From an uncultured Candidatus Saccharibacteria bacterium (GTDB lineage Bacteria > Patescibacteriota > Minisyncoccia > JAHIHE01 > DAOWLE01), in contig CAYSEG010000008.1 in assembly GCA_964430135.1 (NCBI GenBank), positions 1 through 43,165 of the forward strand: 43,165 nt of DNA, read 5' to 3'. Every line of letters starts with the position of its first letter. Position 1 is the stretch's first letter. The position numbers and the translations under genes are program-made. Shown here one piece after another: positions 17,925-27,072 of this stretch. Under the pieces are notes generated by a model. It ran no database searches. It was given only the letters and a program-made list of their open reading frames with translations, and was not told the DNA's origin.

Positions 17925-18047
17925 AAATCTTAAACCCCAGTGACCAATGATCAACCAAATCTTAAATCATAAATTCTAAATAAGTCCCGCAAGGGATCGC
18001 TAACGCCGAAAATAAAAAATAATTGGGATTTGGTCATTGGAATTTTA
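17925..18047. repeat. family-E palindromic element, copy E2 (right arm, inverted relative to E1)
   Basis: Its reverse complement aligns with E1 at about 95% identity over roughly 120 bp, through ...aattattttttattttcggcgttagcgatcccttgcgggacttattt. Confidence 0.75.
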
Positions 18048-18210
18048 GGCAATTCTTATATTTTTACCAAAGTTGAATCTTAATATCTTAATTGTACGAC
18101 ATCTTCATCTGTTCTGCAAGCTCTTGCTTTATTTTATTTTTATGTTATTATTAAATAAATGGTTACATTGTTACATTGTTAAATGGGTTATCGTTTAACA
18201 ATGCAGCCAT

Positions 18211-18492
18211 TTGACCATTAAATTTATGCTTAAACCAAAGAAAAAAAATAAACTTATTGAAAAACACAGATTGCACAGCAAAGACACCGGTTCTCCTGAA
18301 GTTCAAATATCTATTTTGACTGAAAGAATTAATCAATTGACCAATCACTTAAAAATTCATAAAAAGGATAATCATTCCCGTCGGGGGCTTTTGCAAATGG
18401 TTGCTAAGCGAAGAAAGTTTTTTGATTACTTAAAAAGAAAAGATAAAAACAGATATAATAAAATTGTTAGAGATTTAAAATTAAAAAAATAG
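18211..18492 (+). CDS. rpsO: 30S ribosomal protein S15
   Basis: [54 protein letters not shown]. The start may instead be the ATG at 18226. Confidence 0.9.
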   Translation: MTIKFMLKPKKKNKLIEKHRLHSKDTGSPEVQISILTERINQLTNHLKIHKKDNHSRRGLLQMVAKRRKFFDYLKRKDKNRYNKIVRDLKLKK

Positions 18493-18502
18493 CTACTAAA
18501 AA

Positions 18503-18637
18503 TGTCATTGCGGCGAGGGGGCTTTAACCCCGAAGCAATCCCATAGGAAAGGATAAGATTTTCATATAAGAAAAAATATAATAATGTATTTATAAGGAAA
18601 TTGCCTCGTCGTCCTTCGGATTCTTTACAATAATGAC
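18503..18637. repeat. family-A palindromic element (copy A2) immediately after the rpsO stop
   Basis: TGTCATTGCGGCGAGGGGGCtttaaCCCCgaagcAATCCC ... GGATTctttacaataATGAC. Same modules as A1 and A3, but a longer AT-rich central loop. Confidence 0.55.
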
Positions 18638-18654
18638 TTATAATTTGTATTTTT

Positions 18655-19164
18655 ATGACCAGTACCGTTAAACATAAAGATCAACGGATAGGAGTATTAG
18701 TTGATGCGCAAAATATGTATCATTCAGCGAGAAATCTTTATAAAGCTAAGGTAAATTTTAAAGAAGTTCTTAAAAGCGCTGTAGCTGGAAGAAGATTAAT
18801 TAGGGCTATAGCTTATGTTATTCGGACGGAAAGCGGAGAAGAGCAGGTGTTTTTTGAAGCTCTTTCAAAACAGGGCTTTGAAATTAAAGAGAAAGATCTC
18901 CAGATATTTATTGGCGGGATGAAAAAAGCTGATTGGGATGTCGGGCTAAGTGTTGATGCAATTAAACTGGCTAATAAACTTGATGTAATTGTTTTGGTGA
19001 CCGGCGATGGGGATTTTGAGCCGCTTGTTGAATATTTAAAGACAAATAAAGGATGCCTTGTTGAAGTAATTGCTTTTGGTGAAAGCGCTTCTCATAAGCT
19101 TATTGAGGCGGCTGATGATTTTACTGATTTAAGCAGGGTGAAGAGTAAGTTTTTGATAAAGTGA
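18655..19164 (+). CDS. NYN-domain (LabA/DUF88-like) predicted ribonuclease
   Basis: RIGVLVDAQNMYHSAR ... GRRLIRAIAYV ... VIVLVTGDGDFEPLV are the NYN/LabA motifs. Located between rpsO and pnp. Confidence 0.8.
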   Translation: MTSTVKHKDQRIGVLVDAQNMYHSARNLYKAKVNFKEVLKSAVAGRRLIRAIAYVIRTESGEEQVFFEALSKQGFEIKEKDLQIFIGGMKKADWDVGLSVDAIKLANKLDVIVLVTGDGDFEPLVEYLKTNKGCLVEVIAFGESASHKLIEAADDFTDLSRVKSKFLIK

Positions 19165-19188
19165 ATTTGATGATAAAAATCAAAGACT

Positions 19189-19296
19189 ATTTGTTGGTTT
19201 ATATTTATTGGTTTAATCGTCCCGATTGAACCATAAGTTTAGTTTTCTTGGTAATCAAAACATTAAGGTTCAGTCGTGGACGACTGAACCAACGGA
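19189..19296. repeat. family-B double-hairpin element (copy B2)
   Basis: TTGTTGGTTtatatttattGGTTTAATCGtcccGATTGAACC ... aatcaaaacattaa GGTTCAGTCGtggaCGACTGAACCAACGG. Confidence 0.7.
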
Positions 19297-19398
19297 AGGT
19301 CCTGAGTTTATTTCAGAATTTAGCACGACAAATTAGTTTTTGATTATTTCGTATAAGCAATTCAAAGTAACAATAATTTTTTTCATTAATCGTTATCT

Positions 19399-19450
19399 GG
19401 TCTTCAGACAGATAGACTATTTAAATATTTTAGTCTGTAGTCTGAAGACG
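19399..19450 (+). promoter_or_regulatory. long hairpin in the pnp 5' leader (candidate RNase III / autoregulatory site)
   Basis: GGTCTTCAGACagatAGACTA-loop-TAGTCTgtaGTCTGAAGACg: a 10-bp perfect outer stem plus a 6-bp inner stem, 25 nt upstream of the AGGAAGGA SD. Confidence 0.5.
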
Positions 19451-19474
19451 AGAGGCGGACAGGAAGGAACAAAA

Positions 19475-21622
19475 ATGAAAGAAGAAAATTCTATTTCAGA
19501 AAATCAGGAGGGAAAAACTGAAAAAAAATTTACCGCTGAGATAGACGGTAAAAAATTAATTATTGAGATTGGAAAATTAGCCAATTTTGCTAATGGTGCG
19601 GTTACTGTTCGGTACGGAGACACGGTAGTTTTAGCTACGGCAGTGATGAGTAAAAATAAGCGGGAAGGAATTGACTATCTTCCTTTATTGGTGGATTACG
19701 AAGAGAGAGTCTACGCTGCCGGGAAAATTAAGGGCAGCCGTTTTATCAAGAGAGACGGACGGCCAACCGACAGGGCGGTCGTGAGCGGCCGAGTGATTGA
19801 TCGGGTTATCCGTCCTCTTTTTAACAGTCGAATAAGAAATGATATTCAGGTAGTCGTCACTGTTCTTTCGGTGGACCAGGAAAATGATCCTGTTATCTGC
19901 GCCGTTTTGGGAGCTTCGTTGGCATTGGGTATTTCCGATATTCCCTGGAACGGTCCAGCGGGAGCGGTGGAAATAGCTAAAATAAAAGATCAGTTAAAAA
20001 TTAACGCCGTCTATAAAGAACGAGAGGAGGCGGAATTTGACCTTATTGTCGCTGGCGTCGAAGATAAAATTAATATGATTGAAGGAGAAGGTCAAGAAGC
20101 GGAAGAAAAGGATGTTATAGAAGGAATAAAATTAAGCCAGCGATACATTAAGGAGTTGGTTGATTTTCAAAAAAGAATCATCAGAGAAGTCGGATTACCA
20201 AAAATCCAGCCTATTTTAGTAGAAGTTTCCGAGGAAGTAAAAAAAACAATCAGGAAATTTTTAGCCGATAAATTAAAAGCGGCGATTTACGAAACCGATA
20301 AAACAAAACGAATTGAGGAAGAAAGAAAACTGAAAGAATCTTTAGAAAATTACCTTAAAGAAAAATACCCCGAGGATTTTAAGGAAAAAGGATATAACGA
20401 AGCAGCGGAGATAATAATGGACGAAGAAATTGATAGGGTCGTCCACGAGGGCATTATTAAAGAAAATCGTCGCCCTGACGGCCGGAAAATGGACGAAGTA
20501 AGATCTCTTTCCGCCGAAGTGGGAGTTTTGCCTCGCACTCACGGAACGGGGCTTTTCAATCGCGGCGAGACGCAGGTTCTATCTGTTTTGACGCTTGGCG
20601 CGCCGGGCGACGAACAATTGCTTGACAGTATGGAAGAAAATGGAGTGAAGCGATTTATGCATCATTATACTTTTCCAGGATTTTCGGTTGGCGAGGTAAG
20701 GCCGATGAGAGGTCCTAGCCGTCGCGATATCGGTCACGGTAATCTAGCGGAAAGGGCGCTGGAAAAACTTATACCCGACAAAGAGGATTTTCCTTATACT
20801 ATCAGATTGGTTTCGGAAGTTCTTTCTTCTAACGGCTCTTCTTCTATGGCGAGTGTTTGCGGCAGTAGTTTAGCTTTGATGGACGGCGGTGTCCCTATTC
20901 CCCGTGCAGTGGCGGGAATTGCAATGGGTTTAATGATTGATGAAAAGGATGGTAGTTATAAAATTCTGACCGACATTCAGGGTCCTGAGGACCATCACGG
21001 TGATATGGATCTCAAAATAGCCGGTACTAGGAAAGGGATTACTGCTCTTCAAATGGATGTTAAAATTAAGGGTGTTACTTTGGAAATTTTAAGGGAGGCA
21101 TTTGGAGCCGCCCGTCAGGCGCGGTTAAAAATCATTATGGAAATGAACAAAGCGATCAGCGTTTCCCGTAAAGAGCTTTCTGTCTACGCGCCGCGAATTA
21201 CCACTTTAAAAATTAATCCGGAGAAAATTCGTGATGTAATCGGTCCCGGCGGCAAAGTGATAAACGAGATTATTGATCAAACCGGGGTAACAATTGATAT
21301 TGAGGATGATGGACTTGTGATGATTACTTCAAAAGATGCCAAAGCTGCTGAAAAAGCTGTAGATTGGGTTAGAGATTTAACTCATGAAGTAAAGCCGGGA
21401 GAAATTTTTAAAGGTCAAGTGAAGAGAATTATGGATTTTGGGGCTTTTGTAGAGATTTTGCCTGGACAGGAGGGGCTTGTCCATATTTCGGAAATGGCTC
21501 CATGGCGAGTAAATCGAGTTGAAGATATTCTTAAAGTAGGAGAAGTTATTTCGGTAAAAGTAAAGGGGATTGACGAGCAAGGGAGAATCAATTTAACTTT
21601 AAAAGGGATAAATAATAAATAA
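19475..21622 (+). CDS. pnp: polyribonucleotide nucleotidyltransferase (PNPase)
   Basis: Two RNase PH domains, then KH (IRDVIGPGGKVINEI) and S1 (GEIFKGQVKRIMDFGAFVEI) domains. ATG at 19475 with an AGGAAGGA SD. The upstream extension to 19340 runs through the leader hairpin and is not supported. Confidence 0.95.
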   Translation: MKEENSISENQEGKTEKKFTAEIDGKKLIIEIGKLANFANGAVTVRYGDTVVLATAVMSKNKREGIDYLPLLVDYEERVYAAGKIKGSRFIKRDGRPTDRAVVSGRVIDRVIRPLFNSRIRNDIQVVVTVLSVDQENDPVICAVLGASLALGISDIPWNGPAGAVEIAKIKDQLKINAVYKEREEAEFDLIVAGVEDKINMIEGEGQEAEEKDVIEGIKLSQRYIKELVDFQKRIIREVGLPKIQPILVEVSEEVKKTIRKFLADKLKAAIYETDKTKRIEEERKLKESLENYLKEKYPEDFKEKGYNEAAEIIMDEEIDRVVHEGIIKENRRPDGRKMDEVRSLSAEVGVLPRTHGTGLFNRGETQVLSVLTLGAPGDEQLLDSMEENGVKRFMHHYTFPGFSVGEVRPMRGPSRRDIGHGNLAERALEKLIPDKEDFPYTIRLVSEVLSSNGSSSMASVCGSSLALMDGGVPIPRAVAGIAMGLMIDEKDGSYKILTDIQGPEDHHGDMDLKIAGTRKGITALQMDVKIKGVTLEILREAFGAARQARLKIIMEMNKAISVSRKELSVYAPRITTLKINPEKIRDVIGPGGKVINEIIDQTGVTIDIEDDGLVMITSKDAKAAEKAVDWVRDLTHEVKPGEIFKGQVKRIMDFGAFVEILPGQEGLVHISEMAPWRVNRVEDILKVGEVISVKVKGIDEQGRINLTLKGINNK

Positions 21623-21724
21623 GTTCAAAGTTTAAAAGCGAAAAGGTAAAAATATTTCAGGGTAAAACCCAAAAAGATCTTGATTTTTTATTCGACATTG
21701 TAGACTTTCGCCTTTTGAATTGTC

Positions 21725-22885
21725 TTGTTTTTGCTTTTTACATTTTTAATTTTGAATTTTATTCATATGAGAACATTTGAACAAAATGAACAAAATAAAG
21801 ATATTTTAGAAAAATCAAGAATAAGAACAATGTCAAAAGATTTGAAAGAGATTCAGACAATAAAAAAAGTTCCTTCAGAAAAAAAAGAGCCTGAAAAAGA
21901 GAAAACTACTACAGAAGAAAAAATAAAAGAGGAAGTTCCGAAAGAAGAGATTTCAAAAAAAGAAGAAACTATAAAAGCGGCAGAGCCGACTAAATTTATT
22001 GAACATATAACTCCTCCTGAGAAAAAAAGCGAAAGAGAGTTATCGCCTCAAGAACGTTTAGCTTATGGAGTAGAGTTTAGAAGACCAAAGCCGGTAGAAA
22101 AACCGCCTTCCGCCGAAACTTCAAAGTCTGCCCCGGTTAAAGTTTCAAAGCGGCCGTCGATTTTTGAGTTTCTTAAGAGGGCGCCAAAACATCCAGAGCT
22201 TTCTAAATTAAATGCTTTAGTAAAATCAAAAAAGTTTTTGGCTTTGATTATTCTTGTTTTCGCTATTAGTATAGGTTCTTTTCTCTATTATAGATATTAT
22301 TATTCGCCTCCGCTTCCGTCTTCTCCTGTTATTCCTGAACCTGCGGCAATTATTCCGATAGAAAATAAAATCGTTATTAATTATTCTGAAGGAGAAAATC
22401 TTTTAGCGAAAGTTGAAACTAAGCTTCGGAGAATGTCAAATCTGCCCGAAATTTCCCGATTGAATATTAAAAATCAAAATGGTTATTATTTAGATTTAAA
22501 AGATATCACTGAAAAATTAAATATTAAAATACCCGAAGAATTGGCGGCAAATATAAAAGATTATAATTTACTCGTTTTTTCTTTAAAGGATGAGGGATTA
22601 AGATTAGGATTAGTTTTTGAAGTAGCTGATATAAAATTGGCTGAAAGTTACACAAGAAGCTGGGAGCGCAAAATGAAGGTTAATTTAAGAACTCTTTTCC
22701 TACATTCTTATGTGAAAACACCGGCTAGATTAAATTTTCAAAATGGTGTTTATCAAAATGTATCTATTCGTTATCTTAATTTACCTAATCCTTTTGTAAG
22801 CATAGATTACGCTTTTGTTGGCAATAAATTAATTATTACCACTTCTAAAGCAAGTATATATAAGATTATTGACATTATAAAATGA
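21725..22885 (+). CDS. hypothetical membrane-anchored protein (K/E-rich N-terminus, one TM helix, C-terminal domain of unknown function)
   Basis: ORF whose TGA overlaps the ftsH ATG (ATGA). No recognisable motif. The true start is probably the ATG at 21767 or later. Confidence 0.4.
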   Translation: MFLLFTFLILNFIHMRTFEQNEQNKDILEKSRIRTMSKDLKEIQTIKKVPSEKKEPEKEKTTTEEKIKEEVPKEEISKKEETIKAAEPTKFIEHITPPEKKSERELSPQERLAYGVEFRRPKPVEKPPSAETSKSAPVKVSKRPSIFEFLKRAPKHPELSKLNALVKSKKFLALIILVFAISIGSFLYYRYYYSPPLPSSPVIPEPAAIIPIENKIVINYSEGENLLAKVETKLRRMSNLPEISRLNIKNQNGYYLDLKDITEKLNIKIPEELAANIKDYNLLVFSLKDEGLRLGLVFEVADIKLAESYTRSWERKMKVNLRTLFLHSYVKTPARLNFQNGVYQNVSIRYLNLPNPFVSIDYAFVGNKLIITTSKASIYKIIDIIK

Positions 22886-24720
22886 AAAAGAAACAAATAA
22901 GAGAATTATTTAAAAATTTAGGAATTGCTTTTCTTTTATTTTTGATTATTGCCGGTATTTTTAGCCTGTATAGTTCTCCTTTTGAAAAACCTCAAGAAAT
23001 TAGCCTGAGTACTTTAGTCGGTCAAATTAACGAGGGAAAAGTGAGAGAAATTGAAATAATAAATGAAGAAGAACTTACTATTAAACTTAAAGATGGAATA
23101 GAGGAGAAAAGCTTTAAAGAGAAGGGAACTGGTTTGGGAGATTCTCTAAAAAACTACGGAGTCGATCCAGAAAAATTGACTTTAGTAGATGTCAGGGTGA
23201 AAAGTGTTTCCAGGAGAGAATTTCTAACAGGAATGGCTTTTTCTATTCTGCCCGTTCTTTTAATTCTTGGCCTTTTATGGTTTATGCTTTCTCAAGCTCA
23301 AAAAGCCAACATTCAGGCGATGGGCTTTGGCAGGTCTTTAGCGCGGATGATTAGGCCGGAGGAGCAGAAAGGAAAAAAGAAGACAACTTTTAAAGATGTA
23401 GCTGGCGTCAAAGAGGCGAAAGAGGAGTTGCAAGAAGTGGTTGAATTTTTAAAAAATCCTAAAAAATTTACCAGTCTCGGAGCAAGAATTCCGAAAGGAG
23501 TTTTATTGGTTGGACCTCCGGGAACCGGAAAAACTCTTTTAGCAAGAGCTGTAGCTAATGAGGCTGGCGTTCCTTTTTTTCATATGTCTGGTTCAGAGTT
23601 TGTAGAAATGTTTGTTGGGGTGGGAGCATCGCGGACAAGAGATCTTTTTAGAACAGCGAAGAAAAATGCTCCTTCGATTATTTTTTTAGACGAGCTTGAT
23701 GCGATAGGTCGTCACAGGGGCGCCGGGCTTGGCGGAGGACATGATGAGCGAGAGCAAACCTTAAATCAGATTCTTGTTGAAATGGATGGTTTTGAACCGG
23801 ATGTTGGAGTGATTGTTCTTGCGGCGACAAATCGTCCCGATGTTCTTGATTCGGCATTGCTTCGGCCGGGTCGGTTTGACAGGAGGGTAATTTTAGATTT
23901 ACCTGATATTGAAGGACGGGAGAAAATTTTGGAAATTCATGCAGCAGGCAAGCCTTTAGCAAAAGATGTTAGTTTTCGTGAAGTGGCCGAAAGAACACCT
24001 GGTTTTTCCGGAGCTGATCTTTCAAACTTAGTCAATGAAGCAACAATTTTAGCCGCCAGGCGCAATAAAAAAAATATCGGCAAAGAAGAAATTTTTGCTT
24101 CAATTGAGAAAGTTCTTCTGGGTCCGGAGCGAAAAAGTCATATTCTTTCAAAACACGAGAAAAAAATCACTGCTTATCATGAAGCCGGTCATGCGTTGGT
24201 GGCAGCGTCGCTTCCTCATACTGATCCGGTTCATAAAGTTTCTATTATTGCCAGAGGCAGAGCCGCTGGATATACGCTTAAACTTCCCAAAGAAGATAAA
24301 CGCTTGAGAACTAAATCCGAATTTTTAGATGAACTATCAGTGCTTTTTGGCGGATATATTGCTGAAAAATTAGTTTTTAAGGAATTAACTACTGGAGCAA
24401 CTAATGATTTAGAGCAAGCGAGTTTTTTAGCACGAAAGCTGGTTACCGAATACGGGATGAGCGAGAAGATAGGCCCGATAAGTTATGTTGAGAGACCTGA
24501 TATGGTTTTTTTAGGAAGGGATTTAATTGAAAAACATCGCTATAGCGAGGAGATAGCCCGAAAGATTGATCAAGAAGTGGCTCGTTTTATTGGCAATGCC
24601 TGTAAAAAAGCAAAAAAGATTTTAGTAAAAAAAAGAAAAAAATTAGACAAAATAGCCGCAAGATTGATAGAAAAAGAGACGATTGAAAGAAAGGAATTTG
24701 AGGAGTTGATGAAAGAGTAA
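22882..24720 (+). CDS. ftsH: ATP-dependent zinc metalloprotease FtsH
   Basis: N-terminal TM helices. Walker A GPPGTGKT, Walker [12 protein letters not shown] region, and the HEAGHA zinc site. Confidence 0.95.
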   Translation: MKKKQIRELFKNLGIAFLLFLIIAGIFSLYSSPFEKPQEISLSTLVGQINEGKVREIEIINEEELTIKLKDGIEEKSFKEKGTGLGDSLKNYGVDPEKLTLVDVRVKSVSRREFLTGMAFSILPVLLILGLLWFMLSQAQKANIQAMGFGRSLARMIRPEEQKGKKKTTFKDVAGVKEAKEELQEVVEFLKNPKKFTSLGARIPKGVLLVGPPGTGKTLLARAVANEAGVPFFHMSGSEFVEMFVGVGASRTRDLFRTAKKNAPSIIFLDELDAIGRHRGAGLGGGHDEREQTLNQILVEMDGFEPDVGVIVLAATNRPDVLDSALLRPGRFDRRVILDLPDIEGREKILEIHAAGKPLAKDVSFREVAERTPGFSGADLSNLVNEATILAARRNKKNIGKEEIFASIEKVLLGPERKSHILSKHEKKITAYHEAGHALVAASLPHTDPVHKVSIIARGRAAGYTLKLPKEDKRLRTKSEFLDELSVLFGGYIAEKLVFKELTTGATNDLEQASFLARKLVTEYGMSEKIGPISYVERPDMVFLGRDLIEKHRYSEEIARKIDQEVARFIGNACKKAKKILVKKRKKLDKIAARLIEKETIERKEFEELMKE

Positions 24721-24737
24721 ATTTCAAAGTAAAAGTA

Positions 24738-24800
24738 AAAAAAACCGCCTAAAATTTAGATTTTTGATCTAAAGGGCGGTTGTTTTGTTTATTTTTGTTT
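24738..24800. terminator. bidirectional terminator between ftsH and the convergent gene
   Basis: AAAAAAAACCGCC-(palindromic loop tttagatttttgatctaaa)-GGCGGTTgttttgtttattttt. Confidence 0.55.
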
Positions 24801-25134
24801 AATGAATCTCTTTTTGCTTCTCTTTATATTGTTTGATTGCCCAGGTTTCTTCTTTTTCTATTTTTTCTAATACTTGGTATAACTTTTCTAATCCAATTTC
24901 TTTTAGAGAAAGAGAGGGCATTTCTTTAGGTTTAAAAAGTCTCATTTCGTCTATTGATCCTTTCAAGTAGTATATTAGAATTCCGATCAGTGTTGGATAT
25001 GTCGCATCATGGGCTATTAGGTTTTCTAATTGCGTTATTATATCTTTTGCTGTAATTATAGTTTGTTTTCTTACATCTTCTTCGGTTAGTCCTTCTTTTT
25101 CTTCTATTTTTTCACTTTCTATTTTTTTATCCAT
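24799..25134 (-). CDS. hypothetical protein
   Basis: 111-aa ORF with an AGGAGG SD at the right spacing. No recognisable domain. Confidence 0.4.
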   Translation of the reverse strand: MDKKIESEKIEEKEGLTEEDVRKQTIITAKDIITQLENLIAHDATYPTLIGILIYYLKGSIDEMRLFKPKEMPSLSLKEIGLEKLYQVLEKIEKEETWAIKQYKEKQKEIH

Positions 25135-25312
25135 TTCTATTCCTCCTATTTTTTTTTATTTAGTTGTTAAAAAGCAATATCATCCTTTTTGGTTAAAATA
25201 AACCAAATTTGAGTCCATTGTTCTTTGATGCTTAAAGTTTATCATCTATGAGAAATTTCGTCAATAATTTTTTATAGGTAGAAAATTATGCGTCTCACTC
25301 TGATAGTTCAGA

Positions 25313-25341
25313 TTGACATTTTTCTTTAGATAAGATAATAT
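25313..25341 (+). promoter_or_regulatory. sigma-70-like promoter for tRNA-Ile
   Basis: TTGACA-N17-TAATAT, ending 11 nt before the tRNA 5' end. Confidence 0.5.
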
Positions 25342-25352
25342 AAATTCAGATA

Positions 25353-25429
25353 GGGGCCATTAGCTCAGTTGGTTAGAGCGCGATCCTTATAAGGTCGATG
25401 TCCCTGGTTCGAGTCCAGGATGGCCCACC
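25353..25429 (+). tRNA. tRNA-Ile with a UAU anticodon
   Basis: GGGCCAT/ATGGCCC acceptor. D-arm TAGCTCAGTTGGTTAGAGC, typical of bacterial tRNA-Ile. Anticodon stem CGATC/GGTCG with loop CTTATAA. T-arm CCTGG-TTCGAGT-CCAGG. CCA is encoded. Confidence 0.8.
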
Positions 25430-25470
25430 AAAGGTTCCGCACATAAATTATATGCGGAACTAAATTCAAA

Positions 25471-25899
25471 ATGCAAAATTACAAATCAAAATTTAAAAAG
25501 AAGCATCAACACACTTTGGCTATAGCTAGCGCTTTTATTGAAAAAAATAAGAAATATCTTTTAATTTACGATCCAAGATTTAGTTGTTGGAGAGTTCCGG
25601 GCGGCAAAGTAGATTTTGGCGAAAGAATTGAAAATGCTCTTCAAAGAGAAATAAAAGAAGAATTAGGAGTGAAAATTATTATAGATGGATTTTTAGGTTT
25701 CGGACAGGATCAGATGATTTTTAAAAAGAAATTTCAAACATCAAGAGCTGTCTTTTATTTTAAGTGTAAAACAAAATCTAGTAAAATTAATCCTAACCAG
25801 AGAGAAATTTCAAGATATAAATGGCTATCTTTATCCGAAATTAAAAAGCATAGAAATTTAGAAGGAGCAATGAAAGATTATTTTAGAAGATTTCGTTAA
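25471..25899 (+). CDS. NUDIX hydrolase
   Basis: Nudix box GGKVDFGERIENALQREIKEELGV. Confidence 0.8.
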   Translation: MQNYKSKFKKKHQHTLAIASAFIEKNKKYLLIYDPRFSCWRVPGGKVDFGERIENALQREIKEELGVKIIIDGFLGFGQDQMIFKKKFQTSRAVFYFKCKTKSSKINPNQREISRYKWLSLSEIKKHRNLEGAMKDYFRRFR

Positions 25900-25938
25900 G
25901 TAAGGACGACTAGTTCGGCTTATCCCTAAAAAATTTTT

Positions 25939-26014
25939 GGGCTTGTAGCTCAGGGGTTAGAGTGCTTCGTTGACATCGAAGAGGTCGGTGGTTCAAATCC
26001 ACCCAAGCCCACCA
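25939..26014 (+). tRNA. tRNA-Val (anticodon GAC)
   Basis: GGGCTTG/CAAGCCC acceptor. Anticodon stem-loop CTTCG-TTGACAT-CGAAG. T-arm GGTGG-TTCAAAT-CCACC. CCA is encoded. Confidence 0.9.
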
Positions 26015-26076
26015 GGGAAGTTATAGCGTTTCAGTAACATTGAAGAGGTTGTAGGTTCGGGCCTCGTCGCGCCCAT
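26015..26076 (+). pseudogene. degenerate tRNA-Val-derived remnant
   Basis: GGGAAGTTATAGCGTTTCAGTAACATTGAAGAGGTTGTAGGTTCGGGCC retains blocks of tRNA-Val (TAGC, CAG, CATtGAAGAGGT, GGTTC) but cannot fold into a cloverleaf. Confidence 0.45.
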
Positions 26077-26102
26077 TCGGAGAATTTAATAATAAATAAT
26101 TA

Positions 26103-27032
26103 GTGATTCTAAAAGTCAAAAAAGATCAAGAGGGGATTAGGTTGGATAAATTTTTAGTGGAGAAATTTCCAGAATATTCCCGCGGGTGGCTTCAGAAAAT
26201 TATTCAGAATAGGGGTGTTTTGATAAATAACAAGGAAGTGAACCCGAGCTATATTTTAAAAAAAGATGATAGAATTTTAACTAAGATTTATCCCCCTGAA
26301 AAGATTAGCCTTGAACCAGATTTTTCCATTAAGTTTAATATTGTCTATGAAGATAGGGATATTGTTGTTATCGACAAGCCAGCTGGGCTAGTTATTCATC
26401 CAAGTAATACTTGCAAAGCTGGCACTTTAGTTAATGCTCTTTTGGGACGTTGGCCAGATTTAAAAAATGTCGGTGAAGACAAACTTCGGCCTGGAATTGT
26501 TCATCGTTTAGATAAAGGCACTTCGGGACTTTTAATCGTCGCTAAAAATAATCAAACTTTTAAATATTTAAAAGATCAGTTTCAGAAGCGAAAAATAGAA
26601 AAACATTACATTGCTTTAGCAACTGGACAAATAAAGGGAGAACGGGGTATAATTAAAAAGCCCATAGAAAGATCAAAGAAAATTCCAATAAAACAGAAAA
26701 CAACAGAGGGCAAAAACGAAACAAAAAAATCTAAAAAGGCTGAAACAGCCTATAGGGTAATTGAAAGGTTTAAAGGCTATACTTTACTTGAAGCGATTCC
26801 TAAAACCGGAAGAATGCATCAAATTCGTGTTCATTTCGCCAGTATTGGACATCCTTTAGTTGGGGATAAAAAATATACTTTCAAACGGCATAAATATCCA
26901 GCGGGACTCACTAGACATTTTTTGCATGCTAATTATTTGAAATTTAAATTACCAAACGGTAAAATGATAGAGCTTGAATCAAAATTGCCGAGGGATTTAG
27001 ATAAATTTTTAGACGAACTCAAAAATAACTGA
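26103..27032 (+). CDS. RluA-family 23S rRNA pseudouridine synthase (RluD-like)
   Basis: N-terminal S4 domain (RLDKFLVEKFPEYSRGWLQKIIQNRGVLINNKEV). Catalytic motif HRLDKGTSGLLIVAKN. GTG start. Confidence 0.85.
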   Translation: MILKVKKDQEGIRLDKFLVEKFPEYSRGWLQKIIQNRGVLINNKEVNPSYILKKDDRILTKIYPPEKISLEPDFSIKFNIVYEDRDIVVIDKPAGLVIHPSNTCKAGTLVNALLGRWPDLKNVGEDKLRPGIVHRLDKGTSGLLIVAKNNQTFKYLKDQFQKRKIEKHYIALATGQIKGERGIIKKPIERSKKIPIKQKTTEGKNETKKSKKAETAYRVIERFKGYTLLEAIPKTGRMHQIRVHFASIGHPLVGDKKYTFKRHKYPAGLTRHFLHANYLKFKLPNGKMIELESKLPRDLDKFLDELKNN

Positions 27033-27072
27033 TAGATAATTTTTAATACGGAATTTTAACTTTTGAGTTAAT

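Noticed and set aside
19340-19474. Upstream extension of pnp to 19340
   Set aside because: It runs through the leader hairpin, has no SD, and PNPase homology begins at the ATG at 19475, which has a strong SD.
20342-24307. Antisense or internal ORFs within pnp and ftsH (20342..20542, 20350..20538, 21377..21580, 23678..23962, 24095..24307)
   Set aside because: They are embedded in highly conserved housekeeping genes on the opposite strand or in another frame.
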